A stretch of 57,635 nucleotides of DNA from Microbacteriaceae bacterium (GCA_018666065.1 JABJAO010000017.1:1-57635); one strand, 5' to 3'. Positions 20,772-30,874 are shown, counted from the stretch's first letter. A program made the numbers and translations. The notes: a model not told the origin generated them from the sequence alone.

Positions 20772-20842
20772 GCGAGTGTAGTTCAATGGCAGAACTTCAG
20801 CTTCCCAAGCTGATAGCGCGGGTTCGATTCCCGTCACTCGCT
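20772..20842 (+). tRNA. tRNA-Gly(CCC), 3' CCA not encoded
   Basis: Acceptor stem GCGAGTG/CACTCGC, anticodon arm TCAGC-TTCCCAA-GCTGA, T-loop GGTTCGATTCC. Confidence 0.96.
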
Positions 20843-20843
20843 C

Positions 20844-22145
20844 TCAGATGAGGCGGTTGGACCCACGGTCCTCACCAAGGAATCGCGCGACATGTTCGTC
20901 GACAATGATGTCCGAGGGTGACAGCGGTCTCTTCAGGTAGAGCCCATCCAGGCTGGTGAGACGACTGAAGGCAACATACGTTTGCCCCGGCGCAAAAGCC
21001 CTGGGGCCCAAATCAATCACGGCCGCGTCAAGCGTCTTGCCCTGGGCTTTGTGAATCGTGACGGCCCACGCAAGACGCAGGGGAAATTGCGTGAATTCCG
21101 CCACCACGTCCTGAGTCAAGGTTTTCGTCGACGCCTGATATTCGTACTTGACCTTCTCCCACGTCACCGGCTCAACGAGGACGCTTTCGCCATCCACATC
21201 AACCAAAACGGTGTCTGTAATCTTCACTACGGTTCCGATTGTTCCGTTCACAAAACGCGGACCATCGATTCCGCCGGTGTCATTGCGCAAGAACATGACG
21301 CGGGCTCCGGGCTTCAACACCAACTCCTCGTCGGCTGGATAGGAGCTCGTGGACCCAAAGTCGCCCTCGATTGCTGCCTGAGCGATCTTTCCCTTCCCCG
21401 ACAATCGGTCCAGGGCAAGGCTGTTGATCTTGGTCACCGCGGCATTTGTGGTGGCCAATGTGATGAGCTCAGGATCCTCTGGGGTGCGCATTCCATGTTC
21501 ATTGAGCATGCGTCCCATATCCGGTTCCATCCGGCCCTCCCGTAACGCATTGAGGACAGCTCGAAACTCGGAGTCGGCTTGCCGGTGAATGGTGTCGAGT
21601 TCGTGAATGTCCATTTCTGTTTCTCGCCATACCGCGGCATCAAAAAACCAGGGCGAGCGATAGTGGTCCTGGTAGTACGCCTTTTCTGCCTGACCAGACA
21701 CGACAGGGGACAACTGATAGGGATCACCAAACATGATCAGCTGAACCCCGCCGAAGGGGGTGTTTTTGCGACGCTTGGCTTGTCGAAGCCTGCGGTCCAT
21801 GGCGTCGAGGACATCGGCAGACACCATCGAAATCTCATCGACCACCAGAGCATCGAGGTTGGCCAGTACCGCGAGGGATTCCTTAGGGATAAAACCGAGT
21901 TCGCGAGCACCGATGATGCCGATCGGAAGTCGCATGAGCGAGTGAATCGTTTGTCCACCGACGGCAAGCGCTGCAACGCCTGTGGGGGCGCACACCGCGA
22001 CAACTTTCGCGCTCTGGGCGACGAAGGCTTGGAGAAGTGTCGATTTACCCGTCCCAGCCCGCCCGGTGACGAAAAGATGGTCGGTGGTGTTCTCCATCTG
22101 ATCAAGAACGCGCGCTTGTTCGTCGCTCAACGTCACGTCAGTCAC
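20844..22145 (-). CDS. Pif1/RecD-like SF1B DNA helicase
   Basis: GRAGTGKS, DEISMV, GDPYQL, HRQ, AVTIHKAQG, YVAFSR; start GTG 22145 with GAGGAG RBS. Confidence 0.92.
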   Translation of the reverse strand: MTDVTLSDEQARVLDQMENTTDHLFVTGRAGTGKSTLLQAFVAQSAKVVAVCAPTGVAALAVGGQTIHSLMRLPIGIIGARELGFIPKESLAVLANLDALVVDEISMVSADVLDAMDRRLRQAKRRKNTPFGGVQLIMFGDPYQLSPVVSGQAEKAYYQDHYRSPWFFDAAVWRETEMDIHELDTIHRQADSEFRAVLNALREGRMEPDMGRMLNEHGMRTPEDPELITLATTNAAVTKINSLALDRLSGKGKIAQAAIEGDFGSTSSYPADEELVLKPGARVMFLRNDTGGIDGPRFVNGTIGTVVKITDTVLVDVDGESVLVEPVTWEKVKYEYQASTKTLTQDVVAEFTQFPLRLAWAVTIHKAQGKTLDAAVIDLGPRAFAPGQTYVAFSRLTSLDGLYLKRPLSPSDIIVDEHVARFLGEDRGSNRLI

Positions 22146-22206
22146 CGAACACTCCTCATTAGCGTGACCCGAAACCCACCTGGCCAACCAACCTAGGATG
22201 GCATCT

Positions 22207-23154
22207 ATGTGGCCAATCGTGCGGAGGTTTGGACTTCTTGCCGTGGGAGTCGTGGCCCTGTGGCTCGGGAGCGTCCTGGTTCTCAATCTGACGGTCTATT
22301 CAGCAACCGGGTTCGTATCGAGCTATCTGTCGGCCCTGGAATCTCGTGACTACGGCGTCGCCGCAGCGAAAGCAGGCATCGCACGCGCTCCTCAGATCGT
22401 GCCCAGTGCCTCACACACGCTGGAAAACCCTCGCATTGTCGGCACAGCGTCCCTGCCCACGGGAGAGCTCGTTATCCGCGCGGACTATGAACTGGGGGGC
22501 GCGACAGAGTCGACCGTGTTCGTGGTCGCACCTGGTGACCCTGTGCTGTGGTTTTTTGATACCTGGCGATTCCAGACCCAACCGCTGGCAACGCTGCAGT
22601 TTGTGGTCATTGGTGACCAGAGAGTCACCGTGAACGGTACGGAGCTATCCATCGACAGCTTGGGAGTTCCCCCGCGCACGTCGGTCTTTGTTCCTGGCCT
22701 GTACACGTCCTCCCTCGAGACAGAGTGGGTGAGTGCAGAGCCCACCACAACCGCTCTGACGGAGGTCGGTTCGACGGCTCGGGCACGGTTGACTGTGACT
22801 CCTACGAGCCAACTCCTGGAAACCACCACGGGTGCGCTTGAGGCCTACCTTGATGGCTGCGTCGCCCAAGGGGTCCTGCAACCGGCTGAGTGCCCGTTTG
22901 GGGTGTCCATCAGTGACCGGGTTCTGGGTGAACCGCAGTGGTCAATTCTGGACTACCCGGCGTTGGAGCTGAGGCTCTCAGCGGATCGAGCCAGCTGGAC
23001 CATGGTCGCCTCAGAAGGCGTGGCAGAGGTGAGCGTGCAGGTCCAGTCGCTCTTTGATGGAAGCATCACCGAGTTTCGCTCCACCGAGGAATTCGATGTG
23101 GTGGGCATTGTGCGCGGCACAACAACCGATCAACCCGTTCTCAACCTCTATTGA
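22207..23154 (+). CDS. Membrane-anchored extracytoplasmic hypothetical protein
   Basis: N-terminal TM helix, YLSALE..DY..A helix, C-x10-CPFG motif; TAGGAT 7 nt before ATG 22207. Confidence 0.7.
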   Translation: MWPIVRRFGLLAVGVVALWLGSVLVLNLTVYSATGFVSSYLSALESRDYGVAAAKAGIARAPQIVPSASHTLENPRIVGTASLPTGELVIRADYELGGATESTVFVVAPGDPVLWFFDTWRFQTQPLATLQFVVIGDQRVTVNGTELSIDSLGVPPRTSVFVPGLYTSSLETEWVSAEPTTTALTEVGSTARARLTVTPTSQLLETTTGALEAYLDGCVAQGVLQPAECPFGVSISDRVLGEPQWSILDYPALELRLSADRASWTMVASEGVAEVSVQVQSLFDGSITEFRSTEEFDVVGIVRGTTTDQPVLNLY

Positions 23155-25147
23155 GGCGCTGATCTCGTTTCGCGAGATTCTCCAACATGTCGTTATAGGC
23201 CCCGAGCTCCCGGTCGCCGTCGCGATCCGCTGCGCGGTCGCGCCGTTTGTTGGTGCGCTCATCACTCTTACTCCACGACCACGTGACCACAACGGCCAAG
23301 ACAAGCGTGGGAATTTCTCCCAGGCCCCAGGCCAATTCGCCTCCTTGTTGCTGGTCAAGCAGCGGAGCTAACCCCCACTGCCGTCCCATCGCCCCGTACC
23401 ACTCGGGAACCAGTAGCCCCGTTCCATAGATCAGACCCACGCCAAAGAACGCGTGGAAGGCCATCGTTGCCAGCACAATAATCAGGCGCAGGGGATACGG
23501 CGGGTTGTGTGGCGAGGGGTCAACGCCCACCAGTGACTGGGCAAAGAGATAGCCGGTCACCACGAAATGCAGAATCATCCACTGGTGTCCCAGGTGTTCG
23601 CGCAGTGCCCATTCAAAAAGCGGGGAGTAGTAGAACACAATCAGCGAAATTGCGAAAATGACGGCCGCCACCAACGGGTGGCCGAGTACCCCGAGGTATT
23701 TCGAGTGCACAGCCACCAAAATCCACTCTCGAGCGCCCCGGGACCCATCTTTTCGAGCCCGAATGGCGCGCGAGGCAAGGGTGACGGGAGCGCTCAGCAC
23801 CAAAAGGAGCGGCACTGCCATGGACAACAACATGTGGGCCACCATGTGGACGCTGAACAGATAGGTCCCATAGACGGCAAGACCCGAGTTGGTTGCCAGA
23901 GCGAGAATCACCATTCCCGAGACCCACATCAGTGTTCGAGAAATAGGCCAGGAGTCTCCCCGGCGAACCAACCGAGTGTGTCCCCAGATGTAGAAGACCA
24001 CGCCAAAGACCACAACCAGTGCCCACACGACGTCAAATTGCCATTGCGTGAAAACACGTGCCCAGGTGAATTCCGGGGGGAGAACCTCGCCTGTGAGGAT
24101 TTCTGCAGGAGTTGCCTGGGCTATCTCGGAGGCAGGAATTTGAGGGACTGGCGTCTGGGTGCGGGCCAGCGCACTCGCGAGACCCGTGGCAATCCCCATC
24201 AGAGCGAGCTCTGCGGCCACCAGACGCATCGTGACTGATCGAGCGCCCAGAGTTGCGCTATCGAGCCTGCCCATCAAACGGAGGCGATACAGAGCGCCTG
24301 CGGTGCCAAGAAGTACCAACGCGACAACCTTCGCAACGACGAGGGCTCCATACGGGGTAAACAGCCCCTGAATCTCCCCCACTCGAAGCCAAGCGTTGGT
24401 AACGCCGGAAACAGCCACCACGACAAAGCTGACGAGCGCGATCGTCGAGAACCTGCGAAAGACGTCACCGAATTCCGTAGAACCCTTCGCGCTCGCCCAT
24501 CCTTGAATTGCCACCATCGCAAGCCCGCCCACCCACATCGCAGCAAAAACACTGTGGGTAAACGACGCGCTGACCGCTGCTTCGTGGTTCGCGGTTCCTG
24601 CAGCGTGTCCCAGCTCTGCCAATGGCCACAGCGAGGCAACAGCCACCACGCCGGTAAGAAAGACACCCGTGTGGGATCGAATCAGCAACGCCAATACCGT
24701 CACAATCGCGGAGAGCATGATCGAGATCAGCCACGCCCGACCAATCTCAGTTTCTGAGGCAAACAACCACAGCACATCGCCAAATTGGGCACTCACCGCT
24801 ACCGGTTCGAGATAAATCGCGAGAAAGGTCAAGAAGGCGGTTGCGCCTGAAGCCACTGTCATCAGCCCTGCGCCGAGAGCCGCCACCACCAACGATTGCT
24901 CAAATCCCGGGTCTTTACTACTCAGGGCAAACGCTGCGACCATCAGGCTTCCGATGGCAAGAGCCGCTCCGAGGTGAACGAGGGCTGTTGCCAGGGGCAG
25001 CCCGTATCGAACCGTGGTCCCGGGGTCGACCAAGAGAAGAGGTTCTGCCCCGCCCCCGAGAACAAGGCCTGCCACAAGAGCACTCACTGTTCCGGCGAGT
25101 AAGAGTGCCAGGGCGCCAACAAGGGATAGTGGCAGTCGCGTGGTCAC
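23141..25147 (-). CDS. CopD / cytochrome c oxidase assembly (CtaG-like) fusion membrane protein
   Basis: GHAA and H..FAAMWVGGL (CopD part); SVHMVAHM, GHQWM..HF, HAFFG (CtaG part). Confidence 0.88.
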   Translation of the reverse strand: MTTRLPLSLVGALALLLAGTVSALVAGLVLGGGAEPLLLVDPGTTVRYGLPLATALVHLGAALAIGSLMVAAFALSSKDPGFEQSLVVAALGAGLMTVASGATAFLTFLAIYLEPVAVSAQFGDVLWLFASETEIGRAWLISIMLSAIVTVLALLIRSHTGVFLTGVVAVASLWPLAELGHAAGTANHEAAVSASFTHSVFAAMWVGGLAMVAIQGWASAKGSTEFGDVFRRFSTIALVSFVVVAVSGVTNAWLRVGEIQGLFTPYGALVVAKVVALVLLGTAGALYRLRLMGRLDSATLGARSVTMRLVAAELALMGIATGLASALARTQTPVPQIPASEIAQATPAEILTGEVLPPEFTWARVFTQWQFDVVWALVVVFGVVFYIWGHTRLVRRGDSWPISRTLMWVSGMVILALATNSGLAVYGTYLFSVHMVAHMLLSMAVPLLLVLSAPVTLASRAIRARKDGSRGAREWILVAVHSKYLGVLGHPLVAAVIFAISLIVFYYSPLFEWALREHLGHQWMILHFVVTGYLFAQSLVGVDPSPHNPPYPLRLIIVLATMAFHAFFGVGLIYGTGLLVPEWYGAMGRQWGLAPLLDQQQGGELAWGLGEIPTLVLAVVVTWSWSKSDERTNKRRDRAADRDGDRELGAYNDMLENLAKRDQRLNRG

Positions 25148-25197
25148 GTCAAAAGTGTAGGCGAGCGTTCTGTGGACTACGACTCAGCCGTTAACAG

Positions 25198-25231
25198 CAT
25201 CAGGGACGACCAGCAGTGGTCGTCCCTGATG
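25198..25231 (-). terminator. Terminator hairpin after hup
   Basis: Perfect 15-bp stem CATCAGGGACGACCA / TGGTCGTCCCTGATG with a 4-nt loop. Confidence 0.85.
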
Positions 25232-25248
25232 TCTGAGTTGGTCAGAAA

Positions 25249-25521
25249 CTACTTGACAGAAGCCTTCAGCTTGCTGCCTGCAGAAACCTTGACGCTCTTG
25301 GATGCGGCGATTTGGATTGTCGCACCGGTCTGTGGGTTGCGTCCCTGACGTGCTGCACGGTTGGTGCGCTCGAAGGAGATCCATCCTGGGATGGTGACCT
25401 TGTTGCCGGAGGCAACTTCCTTGGACACCACTGTGAAGATAGCGTCAACGACGCCATTCACTGCTGCCTGGCTGTGGCCAGTGTGCTCTGCAACTGCTGC
25501 AACAAGTTCTGAGCGATTCAT
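25249..25521 (-). CDS. hup: HU family DNA-binding protein
   Basis: MNRSELV, RAARQGRNPQTG, AGSKLK. Confidence 0.95.
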   Translation of the reverse strand: MNRSELVAAVAEHTGHSQAAVNGVVDAIFTVVSKEVASGNKVTIPGWISFERTNRAARQGRNPQTGATIQIAASKSVKVSAGSKLKASVK

Positions 25522-25591
25522 AACTGTGTCCTCCTCGGACTTGGTAGGTATTTCGGCTCGGCCCAGAATCGCTCCCGAGCCACCAAAAAAG

Positions 25592-25897
25592 TTACCAGCT
25601 GGACTTCGTAATGCCCGGTAATTCGCCCCGGTGTGCCATTTCGCGGAATCTCACACGAGAAACGCCATATTTGCTCAGGAATCCACGAGGACGACCATCA
25701 ATCGAGTCGCGTCCACGGACGCGAACCGGGGATGCGTTCCGCGGCAACTTCTGCAGGCCCAGACGAGCGGCTTCGCGCGACTCATCCGTTCCGTTGGGGT
25801 CAACCAGTGCCTTCTTGAGCTCGAGACGCTTCTCGGCGTAACGCTCGACAATTACTTTGCGCTGCTCGTTGCGCGCAATCTTGCTTTTCTTAGCCAT
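25592..25897 (-). CDS. rpsN: 30S ribosomal protein S14 (long, zinc-free type)
   Basis: MAKKSKIA...LPRNASPVR...[11 protein letters not shown]; no Cys. Confidence 0.97.
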   Translation of the reverse strand: MAKKSKIARNEQRKVIVERYAEKRLELKKALVDPNGTDESREAARLGLQKLPRNASPVRVRGRDSIDGRPRGFLSKYGVSRVRFREMAHRGELPGITKSSW

Positions 25898-25899
25898 AT

Positions 25900-26067
25900 C
25901 TATCGCTCCTCGCGGAATTCAACGTGCTGACGCACTACGGGGTCGTACTTCTTGAGAACCAGACGGTCGGGATCGTTACGACGGTTCTTGCGGGTGACAT
26001 AGGTGTACCCGGTCCCTGCAGTGGAGCGCAGCTTGATGATGGGGCGGACGTCTTGTGCCTTAGCCAT
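25900..26067 (-). CDS. rpmG: 50S ribosomal protein L33 (zinc-free type); not in the ORF track
   Basis: Translated by hand: [55 protein letters not shown]. Confidence 0.97.
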   Translation of the reverse strand: MAKAQDVRPIIKLRSTAGTGYTYVTRKNRRNDPDRLVLKKYDPVVRQHVEFREER

Positions 26068-26303
26068 TAGATCTTCTCCCCACGAGCAAGTAGCTCTGCC
26101 ACGACGGACTCAATTCCGCGCGCATCAATAGTCTTGATACCCTTGACGGAGAGAGTCAACGTGACGTTGCGCTTGAGCGACGGCACGAAATACGTCTTCT
26201 TCTGGATGTTTGGGTCGAACCGACGCTTGGTGCGACGGTGCGAGTGTGAAATGTTGTGTCCAAAACCAGGGGTGGCTCCGGTCACTTGGCAGACTGCTGC
26301 CAT
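26067..26303 (-). CDS. rpmB: 50S ribosomal protein L28
   Basis: [26 protein letters not shown]; TAATG stop/start overlap with rpmG. Confidence 0.97.
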   Translation of the reverse strand: MAAVCQVTGATPGFGHNISHSHRRTKRRFDPNIQKKTYFVPSLKRNVTLTLSVKGIKTIDARGIESVVAELLARGEKI

Positions 26304-26453
26304 GTTTCCTCCTGTTATATCTACCGCAGGGCTAATGCCCTACCCAAGATCACTTGTCGGCACGCGATCAGAGACTTTTTTCCGAAGAGAGAGGCCTCTG
26401 TGCGCACAAGATACAGCGCTAGGTGGCTGAACCAATCCCCTACTGTACGCGCT

Positions 26454-26849
26454 CTATGCGCTGGGGGCAAGCCCTGATTGGCAGGGCGGGCACGTGCCAA
26501 AAATATCGACGATGTGCTGAGGATTGCTGTAGCCATGATCTCCCGCGGTCTTCCTGGCCCACACTTCCACCTCACCCGCCTCGATCTCCGTCGTGGCACC
26601 ACATGCGCGACAAATCAGGTGGTGGTGGTGACCGGGTGAGCACGCCCGAAAGAGGTTTTCCCCTTCGATGCTGAGCGCATCGGCACTGCCCTCTTCCGCG
26701 AGCGAATTCAGGGTCCGATATACCGTCGCCAGACCAATAGTGGAGCCCACCCCACGCAGTTTGAGGTGGAGCTCCTGTGCGCTGACAAACTCTGGGGTGG
26801 CCTCAAGGGCTTTCCAGACTTCCTCACGTTGCTTGGTATTGCGTTTCAT
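26454..26849 (-). CDS. zur: Fur family regulator, probably Zur
   Basis: IGLATVYRTL, HHHHLICRACG, GTCPPC; last gene of the Zn ABC operon. Confidence 0.88.
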   Translation of the reverse strand: MKRNTKQREEVWKALEATPEFVSAQELHLKLRGVGSTIGLATVYRTLNSLAEEGSADALSIEGENLFRACSPGHHHHLICRACGATTEIEAGEVEVWARKTAGDHGYSNPQHIVDIFGTCPPCQSGLAPSA

Positions 26850-26852
26850 CGG

Positions 26853-27641
26853 TTAGGACTCATTCGGGTGTGCGAAGTGGGGATCGTGAGCATCATCAAT
26901 CATGCCCGAGCCATCTGAGTTCTCCGGGTGAAGAAGCCCCAGACCGTAGGCTTTCGCGAGATTGTCGGGCGTGAGCACTTCCTCGGGGGAGCCATCTGCC
27001 ACAACGTGGCCGCTGACCAGAATGACATGGTCAGCCGCTCTGGCTTCCTCCAGGTCATGTGTCGTGAACACCACAGAACACCCGCGGGCTGGCTCCTCGT
27101 GAATGATGTCGTCAATGGTGTGGGCAGAGTGAATATCCAGACCGGTGAGTGGCTCATCCATCAGCAGAATCGAATGGTCCTGGGCAAGAGCCTGCGCAAC
27201 GAATACTCGCTGGCGCTGGCCGCCTGAGAGCTTAGACACTTGACGATCCGCGAGGTCGTCGATGCGCAGTAGCTCGAGAGATTCCTGTATCTGTTGGCGA
27301 TCCCGGTTACGCACGGGGCTCAAGAGCCCTAAGCGCGGATAGCGGCCCATCGAGACGACCTCGCGCACGGTCATCGGAACACCGGGATTGACGTTCATGT
27401 GCTGGAGAACGTAGGCGACATCTTTTCTTGCCACAGCAGGAGATTGTCCCAACACCCTCAGGGTCCCCGACTCTAGGGGCAACAATCCCGTCACTGCGTG
27501 CAACAAGGTCGACTTTCCGCTTCCGTTAGGGCCAATAACTGCTGTTATGGAAGCCTCCGGCAGCCGGAAGCTCGAGCGGTCAAGTGCCACTTTTCCATCG
27601 CGCGTGACGACGATCTCGTCACCGACAATCACATCCCTCAT
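26853..27641 (-). CDS. znuC: Zn/Mn ABC transporter ATPase
   Basis: GPNGSGKS, LSGGQRQR, MDEP. Confidence 0.88.
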   Translation of the reverse strand: MRDVIVGDEIVVTRDGKVALDRSSFRLPEASITAVIGPNGSGKSTLLHAVTGLLPLESGTLRVLGQSPAVARKDVAYVLQHMNVNPGVPMTVREVVSMGRYPRLGLLSPVRNRDRQQIQESLELLRIDDLADRQVSKLSGGQRQRVFVAQALAQDHSILLMDEPLTGLDIHSAHTIDDIIHEEPARGCSVVFTTHDLEEARAADHVILVSGHVVADGSPEEVLTPDNLAKAYGLGLLHPENSDGSGMIDDAHDPHFAHPNES

Positions 27642-28474
27642 GAACTCACCGGGCTTCGTACAGAGTCTCGGATGTTTGTCACGGTCAAGACAATGAAAAA
27701 CAGTACAATCGGCACCAACGCCATCGTTGCCGAGGCTGCTGTTCCCCAGTAATAGCTAATGGTGAGGCCTAGCCAGACCGATACGACTCCCACAACTGCA
27801 GCAATCACCATCATCCGCGCGATAGTGCGAGAGAGCAACGATGCTGTCGCGGGAGGCCCGACGAGCAAGCCGAACACCAGAAGTGTTCCCACAGATTGAT
27901 AGCTTCCAATCACGGCAAGCGCAATCAGCACCAATAACGCCGCGTGGGCAAGACCGGGGCGCATTCCCAGAAGCTCAGCTTTATCGCGAGACAAGCTCAA
28001 CGCGATGAGTGGTCGATACAGGATTGTTGACACAGCAACCACAATGGCGAGGACCACTATCTGTCCGACAATGTCATCCCATGTCACACCAAGGGCGTCC
28101 CCGAAGAGGATGCTCGTCAAGCTTCCCGAATAGGAATCCAGGCGCGAAATAATGACCACACCTAAAGCCAACATTCCCACGAACAGCAACCCAATGGAGG
28201 TGTCCTCCCCCAACACGGTTTTGCGCTGCACAAGCTCGATGGCGAGCACCATGACCCCTGCGGCTACCGCTGCACCCAGCAGAGGATTTACATCGAGAAC
28301 CACAGCGGCGGCAACGCCCGGAATGACCCCGTGAACGAAGGCATCTCCAAAGAAACTCATGCCGCGCAGAACCAACCATGTCCCCACAGTGGACGCCATA
28401 AGGGCGGCGAGCATGCCACCAATCAGAGCCCTCTGCTGAAAGTCCAGTTCAAAGGGCGCTAGCCACCAGTCCAC
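27638..28474 (-). CDS. znuB: Zn/Mn ABC transporter permease
   Basis: GDAFVHGVIPG, LFGD, VGTLLV; start GTG 28474. Confidence 0.88.
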   Translation of the reverse strand: MDWWLAPFELDFQQRALIGGMLAALMASTVGTWLVLRGMSFFGDAFVHGVIPGVAAAVVLDVNPLLGAAVAAGVMVLAIELVQRKTVLGEDTSIGLLFVGMLALGVVIISRLDSYSGSLTSILFGDALGVTWDDIVGQIVVLAIVVAVSTILYRPLIALSLSRDKAELLGMRPGLAHAALLVLIALAVIGSYQSVGTLLVFGLLVGPPATASLLSRTIARMMVIAAVVGVVSVWLGLTISYYWGTAASATMALVPIVLFFIVLTVTNIRDSVRSPVSS

Positions 28475-28478
28475 GAGC

Positions 28479-29519
28479 TCAGTCTGCCAGCGCCGACGCA
28501 ATACGGGTTGCGTCGGTCCTCATCATCTCAATGTAGGTATCCGCTCCTGAATCGGGAGCGCCGAGGCTTCCCACAAAGAGCTCAACCACGGCCACAGTTC
28601 CGCCCAACTCTGCAGATAGCGTCTCGAGTAGCTGGGGAGAGGTGGCGCTGTCACCAAAAATGGCGGACACGTTCTCCTCTCGCATAACCGTGATCAATCG
28701 GGCCAACTCCTGCGAATTTGCCTCGCCCAGGGTTGATCCACCCGGAATCACAACCCCCACGACCTCGAAGTCGTAACGATCCGCGAAATACCCCAACGCA
28801 TCATGATCCGTCACCAGCACCCGGCGAGCGTCCGGTATTTGCGCCACAATCTGCGCGACGTCAGCTTCTGCCTCCAGGATCTCGGCGGCAACACTGTCCC
28901 CGCACGATGCGAATTGTGCATCGCCGCTCTGGGCCAGTTGGGACCCGATCAGCTGGGCGGCGCGTGCCATGCGGGTCATATCGAACCAAAAGTGCGGATC
29001 ACTGTCACCGTGGGCATGCTCGTCAGTATCGTCCCCCTCCGCGACGGTGGGTTCCTCGTCGTGATGGTGATCGTCCTGCGCGTCGCCGCTGTGGTCGGCG
29101 GCAAAAGGCAGCGGGTCAAGCAGATTTGCCACCTGAAGCACAGTGACGCCATCGGTTTCGAGGTTGTCCAGTGAATCTGTAACACCCTCTTCGAGTCCGA
29201 GGCCGTTGGCTACAACAAGGTCAGCCCCTGCCATGAGTGCAACTTGGGCCGAGGATGCTTGAAAGTCGTGAGGGTCGGCTCCCCGTGGCATGAGCACGGT
29301 CATAGACGAGCTATCACCCAGGGCACAGGTCAGAATCTCGCCCACCACGCTGCCCAGCACGGTTGTCGTGACCACAACCGAGAGGCCTTCCACCGCGCTG
29401 CCTGAGGCCGGAAGGTCCTCAGGACCCATCTGGGCAGTGTCGGCCTCCGGTGAGAGTGAACAGGAGGAAAGGACGAGCGCGGTCGACGCGACTGCTACAG
29501 CGAGGCGGGTGTGTCTCAT
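28479..29519 (-). CDS. znuA: Zn ABC transporter substrate-binding lipoprotein
   Basis: Lipobox LSSC, DPHDF, His/Asp-rich loop, DPHFW, HDALGY; start ATG 29519. Confidence 0.9.
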   Translation of the reverse strand: MRHTRLAVAVASTALVLSSCSLSPEADTAQMGPEDLPASGSAVEGLSVVVTTTVLGSVVGEILTCALGDSSSMTVLMPRGADPHDFQASSAQVALMAGADLVVANGLGLEEGVTDSLDNLETDGVTVLQVANLLDPLPFAADHSGDAQDDHHHDEEPTVAEGDDTDEHAHGDSDPHFWFDMTRMARAAQLIGSQLAQSGDAQFASCGDSVAAEILEAEADVAQIVAQIPDARRVLVTDHDALGYFADRYDFEVVGVVIPGGSTLGEANSQELARLITVMREENVSAIFGDSATSPQLLETLSAELGGTVAVVELFVGSLGAPDSGADTYIEMMRTDATRIASALAD

Positions 29520-29536
29520 GCGAGAAGAGTAACCCT

Positions 29537-29557
29537 TAATGAGAATGATTGTCAAAA
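29537..29557. promoter_or_regulatory. Zur box in the znuA promoter
   Basis: TAATGAGAATGATTGTCAAAA contains a 7-1-7 palindrome (TGAGAAT-G-ATTGTCA, 1 mismatch) just upstream of -10 TACTCT. Confidence 0.82.
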
Positions 29558-30874
29558 TCAATCTAGGAGCAGTGCGGGCTCCTCCATCACACTGGCAACA
29601 TCGGCCACAAATCGGCTTGCCACGTCACCGTCGACGACGCGGTGATCAAAGCTTGCAGCAACGGTTGTCACCATTCGCGCGCGAATCTCGCCGTTAACTA
29701 CCCAGGGTTTGGGCTTGATGGTCCCCAGCGCCACAATGGTGACCTCGCCGGGGTTCAGAATCGGCGTCCCCGTGTCGACACCAAATGAGCCAAGGTTTGT
29801 GATCGTGATTGTCCCATTCGACATCTCCTCCTGAGTTGTCTTTCCTTCGCGGGCTGTCAGGGTCAACTTTTCTAGAGCCATGGCGAGGTCGCGAAGGCTC
29901 AACGTTTGGGCTTCCTTGACGTTGGGAACAATGAGTCCTCGAGGTGTTGCCGCTGCGACACCCATGTTCACGAAATGGTGGACGATGATTTCCTCTTCAG
30001 TCCACGTGGAATTGACGGTGGGGTTTCGCTGCACCGCCCAGATCATTGCCTTGACCATCACCAGAAGGGGTGACACTTTGATTCCCGCAAAGTCTGGGGA
30101 CGCTTTCAGTCGCTTGACGAAGTCCATCGTCCGCGTCGCATCAACATCGACGAACACGGAGACGTGGGGAGCGGAGAACATGCTCTTGACCATGGCTTGA
30201 GCAATCGCCTTACGCACACCCTTGACAGGAATGCGGTCTTCGCGGTTCTCTGGCCACTGCGGTGTCTCGATGTTCTTGAAGACTGTCGCCTGACCGGCGT
30301 GACGAATCACATCGTCGCGAAGAACCTCTCCGCCAATTCCGCTACCCGTCACGGTCTCGAGGCTGACCCCTAAGTCTTTGGCGAGTTTGCGAATCGGAGG
30401 CTTCGCGATAACGGGTACCGAATCCGCCATGGAAAGATCCTGCTGCGCCGGCGCTGCGGGAGTTGCCACGGGTGCCGCAGCGGGGGCGTGCGTACGGCGT
30501 CGACGAGATGACGGAACGCTCGGGCCTGTTCCATAGCCGACCAGGTTCTTAGGCTCGGCGGACTCGTGGGTGACGCTGCCTTCTGTGTCCCCGACAGCGT
30601 CAGTGACTCCCGTGTCGGGGCCAGCGTCAGGGCCATCGCCTTCCACGCTAATAATCGGGGTTCCCACCAACACCGTGTCACCCTCGCTGACCAGGAGCTC
30701 CTTGACGACACCGTGGAAGGGGGAGGGTAGCTCCACCAGAGATTTCGCCGTCTCGATTTCGCAGACCACCTGATTGACCGCAACCTCATCACCGGGCTTA
30801 ACCCGCCAGCTCACGATTTCGGCCTCGGTCAATCCTTCGCCAACATCGGGCAGCGGAAAAGAAAAATGCGACAC
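29558..30874 (-). CDS. 2-oxoacid dehydrogenase E2 (dihydrolipoamide acyltransferase)
   Basis: Lipoyl motif ETAKS, E3-binding domain, DHRVVDG. Confidence 0.93.
   Translation of the reverse strand: MSHFSFPLPDVGEGLTEAEIVSWRVKPGDEVAVNQVVCEIETAKSLVELPSPFHGVVKELLVSEGDTVLVGTPIISVEGDGPDAGPDTGVTDAVGDTEGSVTHESAEPKNLVGYGTGPSVPSSRRRRTHAPAAAPVATPAAPAQQDLSMADSVPVIAKPPIRKLAKDLGVSLETVTGSGIGGEVLRDDVIRHAGQATVFKNIETPQWPENREDRIPVKGVRKAIAQAMVKSMFSAPHVSVFVDVDATRTMDFVKRLKASPDFAGIKVSPLLVMVKAMIWAVQRNPTVNSTWTEEEIIVHHFVNMGVAAATPRGLIVPNVKEAQTLSLRDLAMALEKLTLTAREGKTTQEEMSNGTITITNLGSFGVDTGTPILNPGEVTIVALGTIKPKPWVVNGEIRARMVTTVAASFDHRVVDGDVASRFVADVASVMEEPALLLD

Noticed and set aside
29030-29110. His/Asp-rich low-complexity stretch as a repeat element
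   Set aside because: It is the ordinary metal-binding loop of ZnuA
29999-30012. parS-like AGTCCACGTGGAAT inside the E2 gene
   Set aside because: Several mismatches in the outer arms and explained by the codons for NSTWT
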